64,000 bases of DNA, taken from NCBI GenBank assembly GCA_031431875.1, contig JANPEF010000106.1, forward strand, positions 32,001-96,000, written 5' to 3'. The notes beneath the pieces are model-generated. The model ran no database searches. It was not told the DNA's origin and saw only the letters and a list, made by a program, of their open reading frames with translations. Each line of letters opens with the position of its first letter. Within the stretch, counting starts at the first letter, position 1. Source of the stretch: Candidatus Eiseniibacteriota bacterium (GTDB lineage: Bacteria > Eisenbacteria > RBG-16-71-46 > DASYSL01). The translations under genes were made by a program, and so were the position numbers. Below are positions 56,055 to 64,000 of the stretch, piece after piece.

Positions 56055-57703
56055 GGCAGCACGACCACTTTGAGCGCGGCCGACGAACGGCCGTGGCGCG
56101 GCGCGCTCCACCGCACTCGAGCGAAGTAGACCCCCGCCGTCACGCGCCTTCCGTCGCCACCCGCGGTCGACCAGTCGAGTGCCCCGGTATTGCCGCCCGC
56201 TTCGCCCGCCCACACTCGGCGCCCCCGCACATCGCTGACCTCGACGCGGAACGCCCCGGCCGGTGCACCTGCCGCGCGCACGAAACGGATCACGTTGCGG
56301 CGCGGAAAGACCACCCGCACGGGGCTCGGGTCCGGCTCGGGCACGGGCGTCGCCGTCACCGTGTCCTCGACGGGCACGAAGGCGAGCGTGTCGCGCACCG
56401 TGCTGCCGATCGTCGCCGCGGCCTCGAGCAGGAACGAGCGACCGTCGACGGCCGTTGGCAGGACGCAGACGAATGATGTCGTGTCGTTGGTCAGGTCCAG
56501 CGTATCGGGCAGGGCGAGCTCGGCGGGCAGGAGGGGGGCCGACCAACCGCTCTCGAGGCGGAGAAAGCGCGGCGCCAGCCGGCGCCCGGCGCCGTTCACC
56601 GCATGGACGATGAAGCGCACCGTGTCCCCCGGTGAGGCGCGATCCGGATCGAAACGCACGGAGATCAGCTGCAGGGGATCAGGCGGGGCAAGGCGGAAAG
56701 TGTCGACCGCCGTCCACTTCGCGTCCCACAGGTCGATCCACTCGTTGTGCACGTCCCCGAAGTACCAGCGCTCCCCGTCGCGCACCATCTCCGAACCCCA
56801 CCAGCCGGAGGTCGAGTAGCCGAGCATGCTGCGCAGCCGGCGGCTGGTGTTCCAGCCGTTCACCGAGTCGGTCGAGCGCCCGTAGGTGAGCGACTGTCCC
56901 GCGTCGGTCGTCCACAGGATGAGCAGGAGCGAATCGTCGCGGCTGAACACGTGCGGGGACTCGGCGACGTCCGAGAAGGCGACCTGCGGCAGCGCCAGCG
57001 GCATCTGGCCGCGGTCGCTCCAGGTCTCGAGGTCGCTCGAGCCGGCGATCCCGATCGTCATGCTCAGCGGCTGGGCCGCCGGGCGCACGGCCACGTACAT
57101 CAGCCACTCGCCGTGCAACGCATCCCACCACAGGAAGGGATCACGGCAGTCGCTTCCCGTCCCCGCGCCCGGGTCGACGTGGGCCCATGGAAAGATCGTG
57201 TTGTCGAACAGCGGCGTGCCGCGCCGCGTCCACGTGTAGAGGTCGGGCGAGGTCGCGGACGTGATCGTCTGGGCGAGGTTGTAGGTGGGCGGCTCGTGCC
57301 GCATGCCTGGGTAGAACAGGTGCCAGAGAGTGCCGATCCGGTGCAGCGACGGTGCCCAGACCTGCGTTCCCTCGAAGGTGCCCGGGACGACCGGGAGAAT
57401 CGTGTCCTGCTCGGCCCACAGGTAGAGGTCGCGCGAGATCGCATGCCCGAACGAGCGCTGCGTCGGGGCGTTGGGAATGTCGTTCTCGCGCAGGTAGAAC
57501 AGGTGGAACCACCCGCCGTCGCGGACGAGCGTGAACTCCTTGGGGCGGTAGCCCGGGGGCGGGAAGTACCGTGCCGGGGAGGTGGGGCCCTCCTGCGCGA
57601 GGGCGACCGCGGGAGCGAACACGCCGCGCACGCCGAGCGGGTCCGCGGCGATGATCAGCGCGGCGAGGACGCAGGGCAGGATGCGGGCGCAAGACCGGGG
57701 CAT
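56051..57703 (-). CDS. Secreted five-bladed propeller glycoside hydrolase (GH32/GH43-like) with FlgD-Ig-like CTD
   Basis: Signal peptide; FHLFY, GHAISRDL, WAP, CRDPF, AESP; EVSDVRGRRV...VTAGVYF...KVVVLP. Confidence 0.75.
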   Translation of the reverse strand: MPRSCARILPCVLAALIIAADPLGVRGVFAPAVALAQEGPTSPARYFPPPGYRPKEFTLVRDGGWFHLFYLRENDIPNAPTQRSFGHAISRDLYLWAEQDTILPVVPGTFEGTQVWAPSLHRIGTLWHLFYPGMRHEPPTYNLAQTITSATSPDLYTWTRRGTPLFDNTIFPWAHVDPGAGTGSDCRDPFLWWDALHGEWLMYVAVRPAAQPLSMTIGIAGSSDLETWSDRGQMPLALPQVAFSDVAESPHVFSRDDSLLLILWTTDAGQSLTYGRSTDSVNGWNTSRRLRSMLGYSTSGWWGSEMVRDGERWYFGDVHNEWIDLWDAKWTAVDTFRLAPPDPLQLISVRFDPDRASPGDTVRFIVHAVNGAGRRLAPRFLRLESGWSAPLLPAELALPDTLDLTNDTTSFVCVLPTAVDGRSFLLEAAATIGSTVRDTLAFVPVEDTVTATPVPEPDPSPVRVVFPRRNVIRFVRAAGAPAGAFRVEVSDVRGRRVWAGEAGGNTGALDWSTAGGDGRRVTAGVYFARVRWSAPRHGRSSAALKVVVLP

Positions 57704-57748
57704 GACCCCTCCGGGATCCGGATGATACGGGGGTGTTCGAGGAGGAGA

Positions 57749-58273
57749 CTACAGCAGCGGGCGGATCGCCGCGTCCAGCTTTTCTTCGGCCACCAGCCCC
57801 TGGTAGCGCTCGACGATCCGGCCGTCCTTGTCGATCAGGAACGCCGTGGGGACGAAGCGGATCTCGCCGAACGCATCCATGGTCTTCTCGTCGGCCAGCG
57901 CGGTGGTCCAGGGGATCGCGTTCTTGCGCACAAAATCGCGCACCACGCCTGCCCCCTCGTGGTCGACCGAGAGACCGAGGATGACGAAGCCCTTTTTCCC
58001 GTAGCGGGCATGCAGGTTCTTGAGATGCGGGATGGAACGTCGGCAGGGGCCGCACCACGTCGCCCAGAAGTCGACGAACACGACCTTGCCACGGTAGGAC
58101 GACAGGCGCACCGCCTTGCCGTCCAGATCGCGCAGCGTGAACTCGGGCGCGGCCGGGCGGGGTTTGCCGGCCGCGGCCGCGGCGGTCGCGGTTGCGGCGG
58201 TTGCGGCGGGGGCGCCCGCGGTGAGCGCCGTCGCGAGCATGAGCAGGAGCACGAGGAGTCGGAGAAGGTCCAT
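57749..58273 (-). CDS. TlpA/ResA-family thiol-disulfide oxidoreductase
   Basis: APEFTL, DFWATWCGPC, VPTAFLIDKDG. Confidence 0.93.
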   Translation of the reverse strand: MDLLRLLVLLLMLATALTAGAPAATAATATAAAAAGKPRPAAPEFTLRDLDGKAVRLSSYRGKVVFVDFWATWCGPCRRSIPHLKNLHARYGKKGFVILGLSVDHEGAGVVRDFVRKNAIPWTTALADEKTMDAFGEIRFVPTAFLIDKDGRIVERYQGLVAEEKLDAAIRPLL

Positions 58274-58475
58274 GCCGTGAGGATGGCACGCAGCCGGCGC
58301 CGGGGACAAGGACTGCGGCCGGCCGCGCGGTCAACTCGGCGTAAACGGACCGCGCCCTGCGCGGCCGATCGCGGTTGTGACCGCGCGCGATCCCGTGCTA
58401 CCGTCCCGCTGAAGCCAGCCATCGAGGGAAGGATCGCGCGCGGCAACGGCACCGCGCTTCACATGGAGGGACGGC

Positions 58476-59246
58476 ATGCTTCCAGGTCTCATCGCGCCAC
58501 TGCAGGGCGGGGTTCGCGCCAGTGTTCCCTCGCTCATCATGCAGTCCGGCGGCTTCAACAAGTTCCTTCTGCTGCTGCTCATCGTGCTCTCGGTGGCGAC
58601 CTGGGCGATCCTGGTCGATCGCTGGCGCCTGTTGAGCGTCGCCCAGGCCGCCGATCGGCGCTTTCGCGCTGCATTCCGCGGGGCCTCCGGCCTCGCCGAG
58701 ACCCGCCTCATGGCCTCGCAGCACCCGCTCTCCCTGCAGGCCAAGCTCGCCCAGGAGGGCCTCGGCCTGCTGGCGCCCCGCGGCGAGTCGGCGGACCTCT
58801 CCACCGAATCGCTCGAGCTGGCCGCTCGCGCCATGGAGCGCGCCCGCTCCGACGAGCTCGATCGCCTGGAAAAGAACGTCGGCTTCCTCGCCACCGTCGG
58901 CTCGGTCGCCCCGTTCGTCGGCCTGATGGGCACGGTGTGGGGGATCATGAGCGCGTTCCTCAACATCGGTGTCCAGGGTTCGGCCAGCCTCGTCGTCGTC
59001 GCGCCGGGCATCGCCGAGGCACTCATCGCCACCGTTGCCGGGCTCGCCGCGGCGATCCCCGCCGTCGTCGCCTACAACATCCTGGTCGGTCGCCTGCGCT
59101 CGCTGGGCAATGACGCTTCGACGTTCGTCTCCGAGTTCGTCGACTCGGCGGTGCGCGAAGCGCGGAGCCGCAAGCGGCCCGCCCCTGCCGGCGCGCGCGC
59201 GACCGAGGCGCCGAGCGCGCCGCTGTTCGAGGCCGCGCCGCGATGA
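58476..59246 (+). CDS. tolQ: TolQ (MotA/TolQ/ExbB)
   Basis: LATVGSVAPFVGLMGTVWGIM, APGIAEALIAT; tol-pal context. Confidence 0.9.
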   Translation: MLPGLIAPLQGGVRASVPSLIMQSGGFNKFLLLLLIVLSVATWAILVDRWRLLSVAQAADRRFRAAFRGASGLAETRLMASQHPLSLQAKLAQEGLGLLAPRGESADLSTESLELAARAMERARSDELDRLEKNVGFLATVGSVAPFVGLMGTVWGIMSAFLNIGVQGSASLVVVAPGIAEALIATVAGLAAAIPAVVAYNILVGRLRSLGNDASTFVSEFVDSAVREARSRKRPAPAGARATEAPSAPLFEAAPR

Positions 59247-59659
59247 TGGCCGCCCCGCGCGACGAACGTCGCGCCCCGATCGCCGAGATCAACGTCACGC
59301 CGCTGGTCGACGTGATGCTCGTGCTGCTCATCATCTTCATGGTGACCGCGCCGTTCCTGCAGGGCGGGCTCGACGTCGACCTGCCCAAGGTCTCGGCCCA
59401 GGGCCTCGACATGCGCGAGGGGATCACCCTGACCATCGACCCGAGTGGGGCGATCTACATGGACAAGGAGCCGGTCAAGCTCGCCGAGCTGGGGCGCGTG
59501 CTCGAGGCGAAGGATGCCGCGTCTCGCCCGGTGTTCCTGCGCGCCGACCAGAAGGTGCCGTACGGTGTCGTCGCCCAGGTGATCGGCCGGGTGCGCGCCG
59601 CCGGGGTGACCGACCTGGGGCTCGTCACCGAGCCGGACGCGGTCGAGCGACGGCGGTAG
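59243..59659 (+). CDS. tolR: TolR (ExbD/TolR)
   Basis: EINVTPLVDVMLVLLIIFMV, RADQKVPYG. Confidence 0.9.
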   Translation: MMAAPRDERRAPIAEINVTPLVDVMLVLLIIFMVTAPFLQGGLDVDLPKVSAQGLDMREGITLTIDPSGAIYMDKEPVKLAELGRVLEAKDAASRPVFLRADQKVPYGVVAQVIGRVRAAGVTDLGLVTEPDAVERRR

Positions 59660-59664
59660 GGGCG

Positions 59665-60330
59665 ATGAGCCGCCAGTCGATCGCGGCGTCGGCGCTCGGG
59701 CACGCGCTCGTGGTGTGGGTGCTGTTCATCTTCGTGCCATTGTCGCCGGCGCGCGTGCTGCCGAGCACGATCCAGGTGGCGCTGGTCAACCTCCCAGCCG
59801 GGCGGTCGATGCCTGCGCGCGGTGTCCCGTCCGATGCTTCGGCCCCCAAGACGGCGCCCGAGCCGAAGGCCGAGGACAAGGCCGAGGCGCCGCCCGAGAA
59901 GAACGCGGTGCGGCCGCCGGACACGAAGAAGCCGGCACCGCGCCGGCCCACGCCCGGACTGCCGCAGGGTGCGACGGGGCTGCCGAGCGTGGCAATGGGT
60001 GTGGCCGGGCTGTCGGGATCGGTCGCCGTCGATGGCGACTTTCGTTGGACGTACTGGCTGCTCGCCGTGCGCTCGACAGTCGATCGGAACTGGGGTGGCT
60101 CGCCGGGCATCGTCACCGGCGGGAAGCCGATTCGCTGCACGGTCTACTTCCGGGTGGATCGCGGCGGTGGTGTGAGCAGCGTGAAGTTGACCGAATCCTC
60201 GGGCGTGGCCTACTTCGATCAGAAGGCGCTGCGCGCAGTGACCGTGTCGGACCCGCTGGTGCGGTTGCCCGAGGATTACGCCAACGACTGGGTGGGAGTG
60301 CACTTTGGTTTCGAATACTCGGATCAGTAG
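59665..60330 (+). CDS. TolA/TonB-like energy transducer (short)
   Basis: SxxxH TM motif (SALGH), Pro/Lys linker, TonB-C fold (SSGVAYFDQKALRAV). Confidence 0.8.
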   Translation: MSRQSIAASALGHALVVWVLFIFVPLSPARVLPSTIQVALVNLPAGRSMPARGVPSDASAPKTAPEPKAEDKAEAPPEKNAVRPPDTKKPAPRRPTPGLPQGATGLPSVAMGVAGLSGSVAVDGDFRWTYWLLAVRSTVDRNWGGSPGIVTGGKPIRCTVYFRVDRGGGVSSVKLTESSGVAYFDQKALRAVTVSDPLVRLPEDYANDWVGVHFGFEYSDQ

Positions 60331-60346
60331 ATCGGGTCGCCGTGGA

Positions 60347-61672
60347 GTGTCGCTCGTCGCGCTCGTCGCGCTCGTCGCGCTCGTCGCGTGCATGGCGGCG
60401 TCCGCCGCGCGGGCACAGGATGAGGTGCGCATCGAGGTCCAGGACGGCGGCGAACGCAAGATCGGCATCCTGGTCGAGAGCTTCGTGCCCGCCGGGGATC
60501 GTGCCGCTGCGCGCCCGAAGGCGGTCGAGGCCGATCCGATCCTGGCCAACGACCTCGAGAACTCGACCGTATTCGCGGTGGCCCGCGCGTGGGACGCGAC
60601 CGGCGCGTCGCCGCAGGGCGTGACTGCGGTGGTCAGCGCCACCCTCACCGTGAAGGGCACGACGCTGACGCTGAGCGGCCGACTGTCCGATTTCCCGGCG
60701 CGGCGCCTGATTGCAAAGAGCGAGTACAAGGGCACGACCGGCGAGCTGCGGCGCCTCGTGCACCGCTTCGCCGACGACGTGATCCTCCAGCTCACCGGCG
60801 AGGCCGGTGTGGCGCAGACCCAGATCGCCTTCGTCTCCAAGGCGGCGAAGAGCTCCGAGCTGTGGGTCGTCGACGTGGACGGCTTCGGCGCGCGCGCGCT
60901 GACCGCGTTCAAGGCGCCGATCACCTCGCCGACATGGTCCCCGAGTCGCGCCGATGTCGCGTTCTCCTCGCTGCGTGGCGCCGGCTGGAACATCTATGCG
61001 GTCCCGTATCGCGGCGGCGCCTCGCGCCAGCTCACGCGGGCGGGGACGCTCAACGTCGCGCCCGCCTGGTCGCCCGACGGCGGCAGCATCGCGTATGTGT
61101 CGAACCGGGATGGCAACAGCGAGATCTATGTCGCGGGCGCTGACGGTTCGGGACCGCGACGGCTCACCTCGAACCGGGCGATCGACACCTCGCCGGCGTG
61201 GGCGCCGCATGGGCAGCAGCTGGCGTTCGCCTCGGATCGGGGCGGCAGCGTGCAGGTGTACGTGATGGACCGCGACGGCGGAAACCAGCACCGGCTGATC
61301 CAGGGTTTCCCGTATGCGGACTCGCCCGACTGGTCGCCGCGCGGGGATCGCATCGCGTTCGTCGTGCGCACCGGCGGAGGCTTCGACCTGTACATTGCGA
61401 ATGCCGACGGATCGAATGTGCGCGCGGTGGTGACCGGCGGATCGAACGAGAATCCGCGCTGGGCGCCCGACGGGCGGCAAATCGTTTTCAGTTCCAACCG
61501 CGGGGGCGGACGCGGCCTGTGGATCACGGACCTGCGGGGCCGTTCGATCCGCAAGCTCGCCGTGCCCGGGGCCGTCGCGGCGAACCCCGCATGGTCGCCG
61601 CGCCCGGTGCAACCGCCGGGATCGACTCTGGGCAGCGCCGCTGCCCCGAACCCAGGGAGAACGAATCCATGA
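60347..61672 (+). CDS. tolB: TolB (start uncertain; TTG 60305 possible)
   Basis: VHRFADD, TQIAFV, repeated PxWSPDG (PD40) blades. Confidence 0.9.
   Translation: MSLVALVALVALVACMAASAARAQDEVRIEVQDGGERKIGILVESFVPAGDRAAARPKAVEADPILANDLENSTVFAVARAWDATGASPQGVTAVVSATLTVKGTTLTLSGRLSDFPARRLIAKSEYKGTTGELRRLVHRFADDVILQLTGEAGVAQTQIAFVSKAAKSSELWVVDVDGFGARALTAFKAPITSPTWSPSRADVAFSSLRGAGWNIYAVPYRGGASRQLTRAGTLNVAPAWSPDGGSIAYVSNRDGNSEIYVAGADGSGPRRLTSNRAIDTSPAWAPHGQQLAFASDRGGSVQVYVMDRDGGNQHRLIQGFPYADSPDWSPRGDRIAFVVRTGGGFDLYIANADGSNVRAVVTGGSNENPRWAPDGRQIVFSSNRGGGRGLWITDLRGRSIRKLAVPGAVAANPAWSPRPVQPPGSTLGSAAAPNPGRTNP
60352..60387 (+). repeat. 9-bp tandem repeat (GCTCGTCGC)x4 encoding (LVA)4
   Basis: Read directly from the sequence. 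Confidence 0.9.
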
Positions 61673-62202
61673 ACCACAACGCACGCTTCGCCTCGCGCGC
61701 CGCACTGGCGCTGCCGCTCCTCGCTGTCCTCGTCCTGACCGGCTGCTCGAAGAACAAGGACGTGGCCGAGGCCACGCCGCCGCCGCCTCCTCCGGTCGAG
61801 GCCGCACCCGCCCCGGCGGCGCCGCCGCCATCGACCCATCCCGCCCCGACGGAAACCGCACCGACGGTGGCGGACCAGCTCAAGGACGTGTTCTACGACT
61901 ACGACGCCGCCGCGCTGTCGTCCGAGGCGCAGGCATCGCTCGACGGCAACGGCAAGGTGCTGCTCGACAACGCCGATGTCTCCGTGCAGATCGAGGGCCA
62001 CTGCGACGAGCGCGGTACGGTCGAGTACAACCTGTCGCTCGGCGATCGCCGCGCCCAGTCGGCGCGCGACTACCTGGTGCGCTACGGCGTGCCGGCGGGG
62101 CGCGTGTCGACCGTGTCGTACGGCGAGGAGCGTCCGTTCGCCACCGGCGGCGACGAGGCCGCGTGGGCGCAGAATCGCCGCGCCCACTTCGTGGTCCGGT
62201 GA
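61669..62202 (+). CDS. pal: Peptidoglycan-associated lipoprotein
   Basis: LTGC lipobox; [25 protein letters not shown]. Confidence 0.96.
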   Translation: MNHNARFASRAALALPLLAVLVLTGCSKNKDVAEATPPPPPPVEAAPAPAAPPPSTHPAPTETAPTVADQLKDVFYDYDAAALSSEAQASLDGNGKVLLDNADVSVQIEGHCDERGTVEYNLSLGDRRAQSARDYLVRYGVPAGRVSTVSYGEERPFATGGDEAAWAQNRRAHFVVR

Positions 62203-63053
62203 GGCCCGGCGCCCGGCGCGGCCTGGCCACGGCGAGTGCCATCCTCGCGATCGCGCTCGTGGCGGGACCGGGCTGCTACTCCAAGCGATTCCGCACCCTC
62301 GAGGAGTCGGTCGCGTCGCTGTCGCGGCAGGCCGATTCCCTGCAGGCCGAGCACGACCGCACCCGCGACGAGCTCGACGCCACGCGCGCCGAGCTGGGGC
62401 AGACCACGCGCTCGCTGCGCGCCGGCAGCGAGACCTCGGTGCAGGAGATGGCGGCCCGCGTCGAGCAGATCGAGGCGCGGCTCGAAGAGCAGTCGCAGCT
62501 CCTCAACGAAATCCAGCAGCGCGCCCGCACGCGCAGCCTCGGCCTCGATTCGACGAGCGTCGGGGGCACGAGCACGGCACCGCACCCGGGTGCCGCGGGT
62601 GCGGCCACAGCGGGGGCGGGCGTGGCGAAGGCGGCCAAGCCGTCCGCGGCAGCGAACCCGGGCGACGTGCGCGTCGACCCGACCGCGGCCTACGACCAGG
62701 CGGTGGCCGACTTCACGCAGGGACGATTCCCGCTCGCGCAGCGCGAGTTCCGCGAGTTCGTCGGCACGTACCGCACGAGCGATCTGGCCGACAACGCGCA
62801 GTACGGCGTCGGCGAGTCGTTCTACGCGCAGGGCCAGTACGACTCGGCCGCCGTCGAGTACCGGGAGGTCGTCGAGGCCTGGCCGTCGGGGGACAAGGTG
62901 CCCGCGGCGTTGTACAAGCTCGGCGTCACCTACCAGAAGATGAACCTGCCCGCCGAGGCGAGGACCACGTACAGCACGCTGATCGAGAAGCATCCGCGTT
63001 CGGGCGAGGCGAAGCTCGCCGGCGAACGGCTCCGCGAGCTGGAGAGCCGCTGA
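62199..63053 (+). CDS. cpoB: Tol-Pal protein CpoB/YbgF
   Basis: Coiled coil plus TPRs ([21 protein letters not shown]); follows pal. Confidence 0.9.
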   Translation: MRPGARRGLATASAILAIALVAGPGCYSKRFRTLEESVASLSRQADSLQAEHDRTRDELDATRAELGQTTRSLRAGSETSVQEMAARVEQIEARLEEQSQLLNEIQQRARTRSLGLDSTSVGGTSTAPHPGAAGAATAGAGVAKAAKPSAAANPGDVRVDPTAAYDQAVADFTQGRFPLAQREFREFVGTYRTSDLADNAQYGVGESFYAQGQYDSAAVEYREVVEAWPSGDKVPAALYKLGVTYQKMNLPAEARTTYSTLIEKHPRSGEAKLAGERLRELESR

Positions 63054-63850
63054 ACGCGCGCACCGGGGGCTGGGCGGAGAACGCCCGCGCCTGGGTGCGC
63101 TACGTGGATCACGATCCCCACCGGACCGCGTTGCTCGACGACGCGGTCCGTCGGGTCACGCCGGGCGTGCGCGGCGAGGCGTGGCTCGATGCCGGTTGTG
63201 GCGAGGGCCGTGTGGCGCGCGCACTGGCCGCCCGCGGCGCACGCGTACTCGGCGTCGACGTGGCCCCGGGGCTGATCGCTGCCGCGCGACGGCGCGCTCG
63301 AGTGTTGCCCACCGCTGTGCGCGGGCGGCTCCACTTCGAGACGGGGGAGTTGGGCGCCCGCGGGCTGCTCGAACGCGGCGGGCTCGACGGCGTGCTGTGC
63401 GTGCTCGCGCTCATGCACGTCGCGCGCGAGCGGCCGGTGCTGGCCGCCTGGGCGCGGGCGTTGCGCCCGGGCGGGCGGCTCGTGCTCGTGCTTCCGCACC
63501 CGTGCTTCATGGGACCGGACACGACCTGGGGGGCGACGCTGCCGCAGGTGCCGCGCGGCGCGCCCGCGCTCGATCACCTGCGCGTCGCCTCGTATCCCGG
63601 GCGGGGCCGGCAGACCTTTCGTTTCTCGCCCGCGTTTCCCGCCACCACCGTGAACCACCACCGCTCGCTGGCGACACTGTCGGCGGGGCTCGCCGCGCAC
63701 GGCTTCCTGACGCGCCGGCTGTTCGAGCCACGCCCGGCCGGCCGGGGGACGCCGTCGACCCCTGGCGCCGACCCCGCATGGGAGGCGCGGCGGCGTATCC
63801 CGTTCTTCCTCGTCTGGGAAGCGGTGCGCGTGATGGGCGCTCCGTTGTGA
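63050..63850 (+). CDS. Class I SAM-dependent methyltransferase (probable CTG start)
   Basis: WLDAGCGEG, LRPGG, PHPCF, HRSL, EPRP, IPFFL; CTGA overlap with cpoB stop. Confidence 0.85.
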   Translation: MNARTGGWAENARAWVRYVDHDPHRTALLDDAVRRVTPGVRGEAWLDAGCGEGRVARALAARGARVLGVDVAPGLIAAARRRARVLPTAVRGRLHFETGELGARGLLERGGLDGVLCVLALMHVARERPVLAAWARALRPGGRLVLVLPHPCFMGPDTTWGATLPQVPRGAPALDHLRVASYPGRGRQTFRFSPAFPATTVNHHRSLATLSAGLAAHGFLTRRLFEPRPAGRGTPSTPGADPAWEARRRIPFFLVWEAVRVMGAPL

Positions 63851-63928
63851 GGCCCCGCAGCGTTTGCTAGACTGCGCCCGGCCGCACCCGAACACCGCCC
63901 GTTCCTTCCCCGCACCCGAGCTCATTCC

Positions 63929-64000
63929 ATGGCCGATTCGATTCCGACCGCCGCCGGCAGCCCCGTCGCGATCACGCCCGTCGCGCTCGACGAGGCACTG
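63929..64000 (+). CDS. Possible start of a CDS truncated by window end
   Basis: ATG then open frame MADSIPTAAGSPVAITPVALDEAL. Confidence 0.4.
   Translation, partial: MADSIPTAAGSPVAITPVALDEAL

Noticed and set aside
58284..58299. TGGCACG-N-GC site upstream of tolQ with GG-N10-GC spacing
   Set aside because: The -12 element is CCGGC rather than TTGC; likely chance in high-GC DNA

Overview
GC-rich chromosomal window from a diderm bacterium. Gene content (FlgD-Ig/T9SS-like C-terminal domains, PorV-family barrel, GWxTD protein, mannose-class PTS inside the rpoN operon) suggests an FCB-associated candidate lineage such as Ca. Eisenbacteria; this is inference. 1-29.2 kb is one co-directional, mostly translationally coupled housekeeping run: kdsC-kdsD, a sigma54-type promoter, lptC-lptB-rpoN-hpf-hprK, Man-PTS IIA/B/C/D, ptsH-ptsI, pgi/pmi, a nucleotidyltransferase, metK-ahcY-ftsK-rimO, a hypothetical gene, bamD-nadD-polA-coaE, prfB (+1 frameshift), pmm/pgm, a methyltransferase and mpg. 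29.3-39.3 kb is an outer-membrane locus: unknown beta-barrel, TonB-dependent receptor, large CTD-bearing secreted protein, PorV-family barrel and GWxTD protein, with two structured leader regions. This is the best candidate for an undescribed system: a SusC/D-like uptake or display module whose partner may be tethered by a CTD/PorV pair. 39.3-49.9 kb is an accessory island with an intact ISL3 (8-bp TSD), a truncated second ISL3, a gene remnant, two large CTD-tagged nested beta-propeller proteins (one a copper-radical oxidase with an inserted Kelch propeller) and a decayed CTD. 49.9-64 kb holds pfk-gap-pgk-tpi-secG, tRNA-Leu, a HIT gene, a zf-HC2/pseudo-receiver protein, a CTD-tagged clan GH-J hydrolase, TlpA, tolQRAB-pal-cpoB and a methyltransferase. 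Three genes appear to start at CTG. All calls are by motif recognition; no searches were run.
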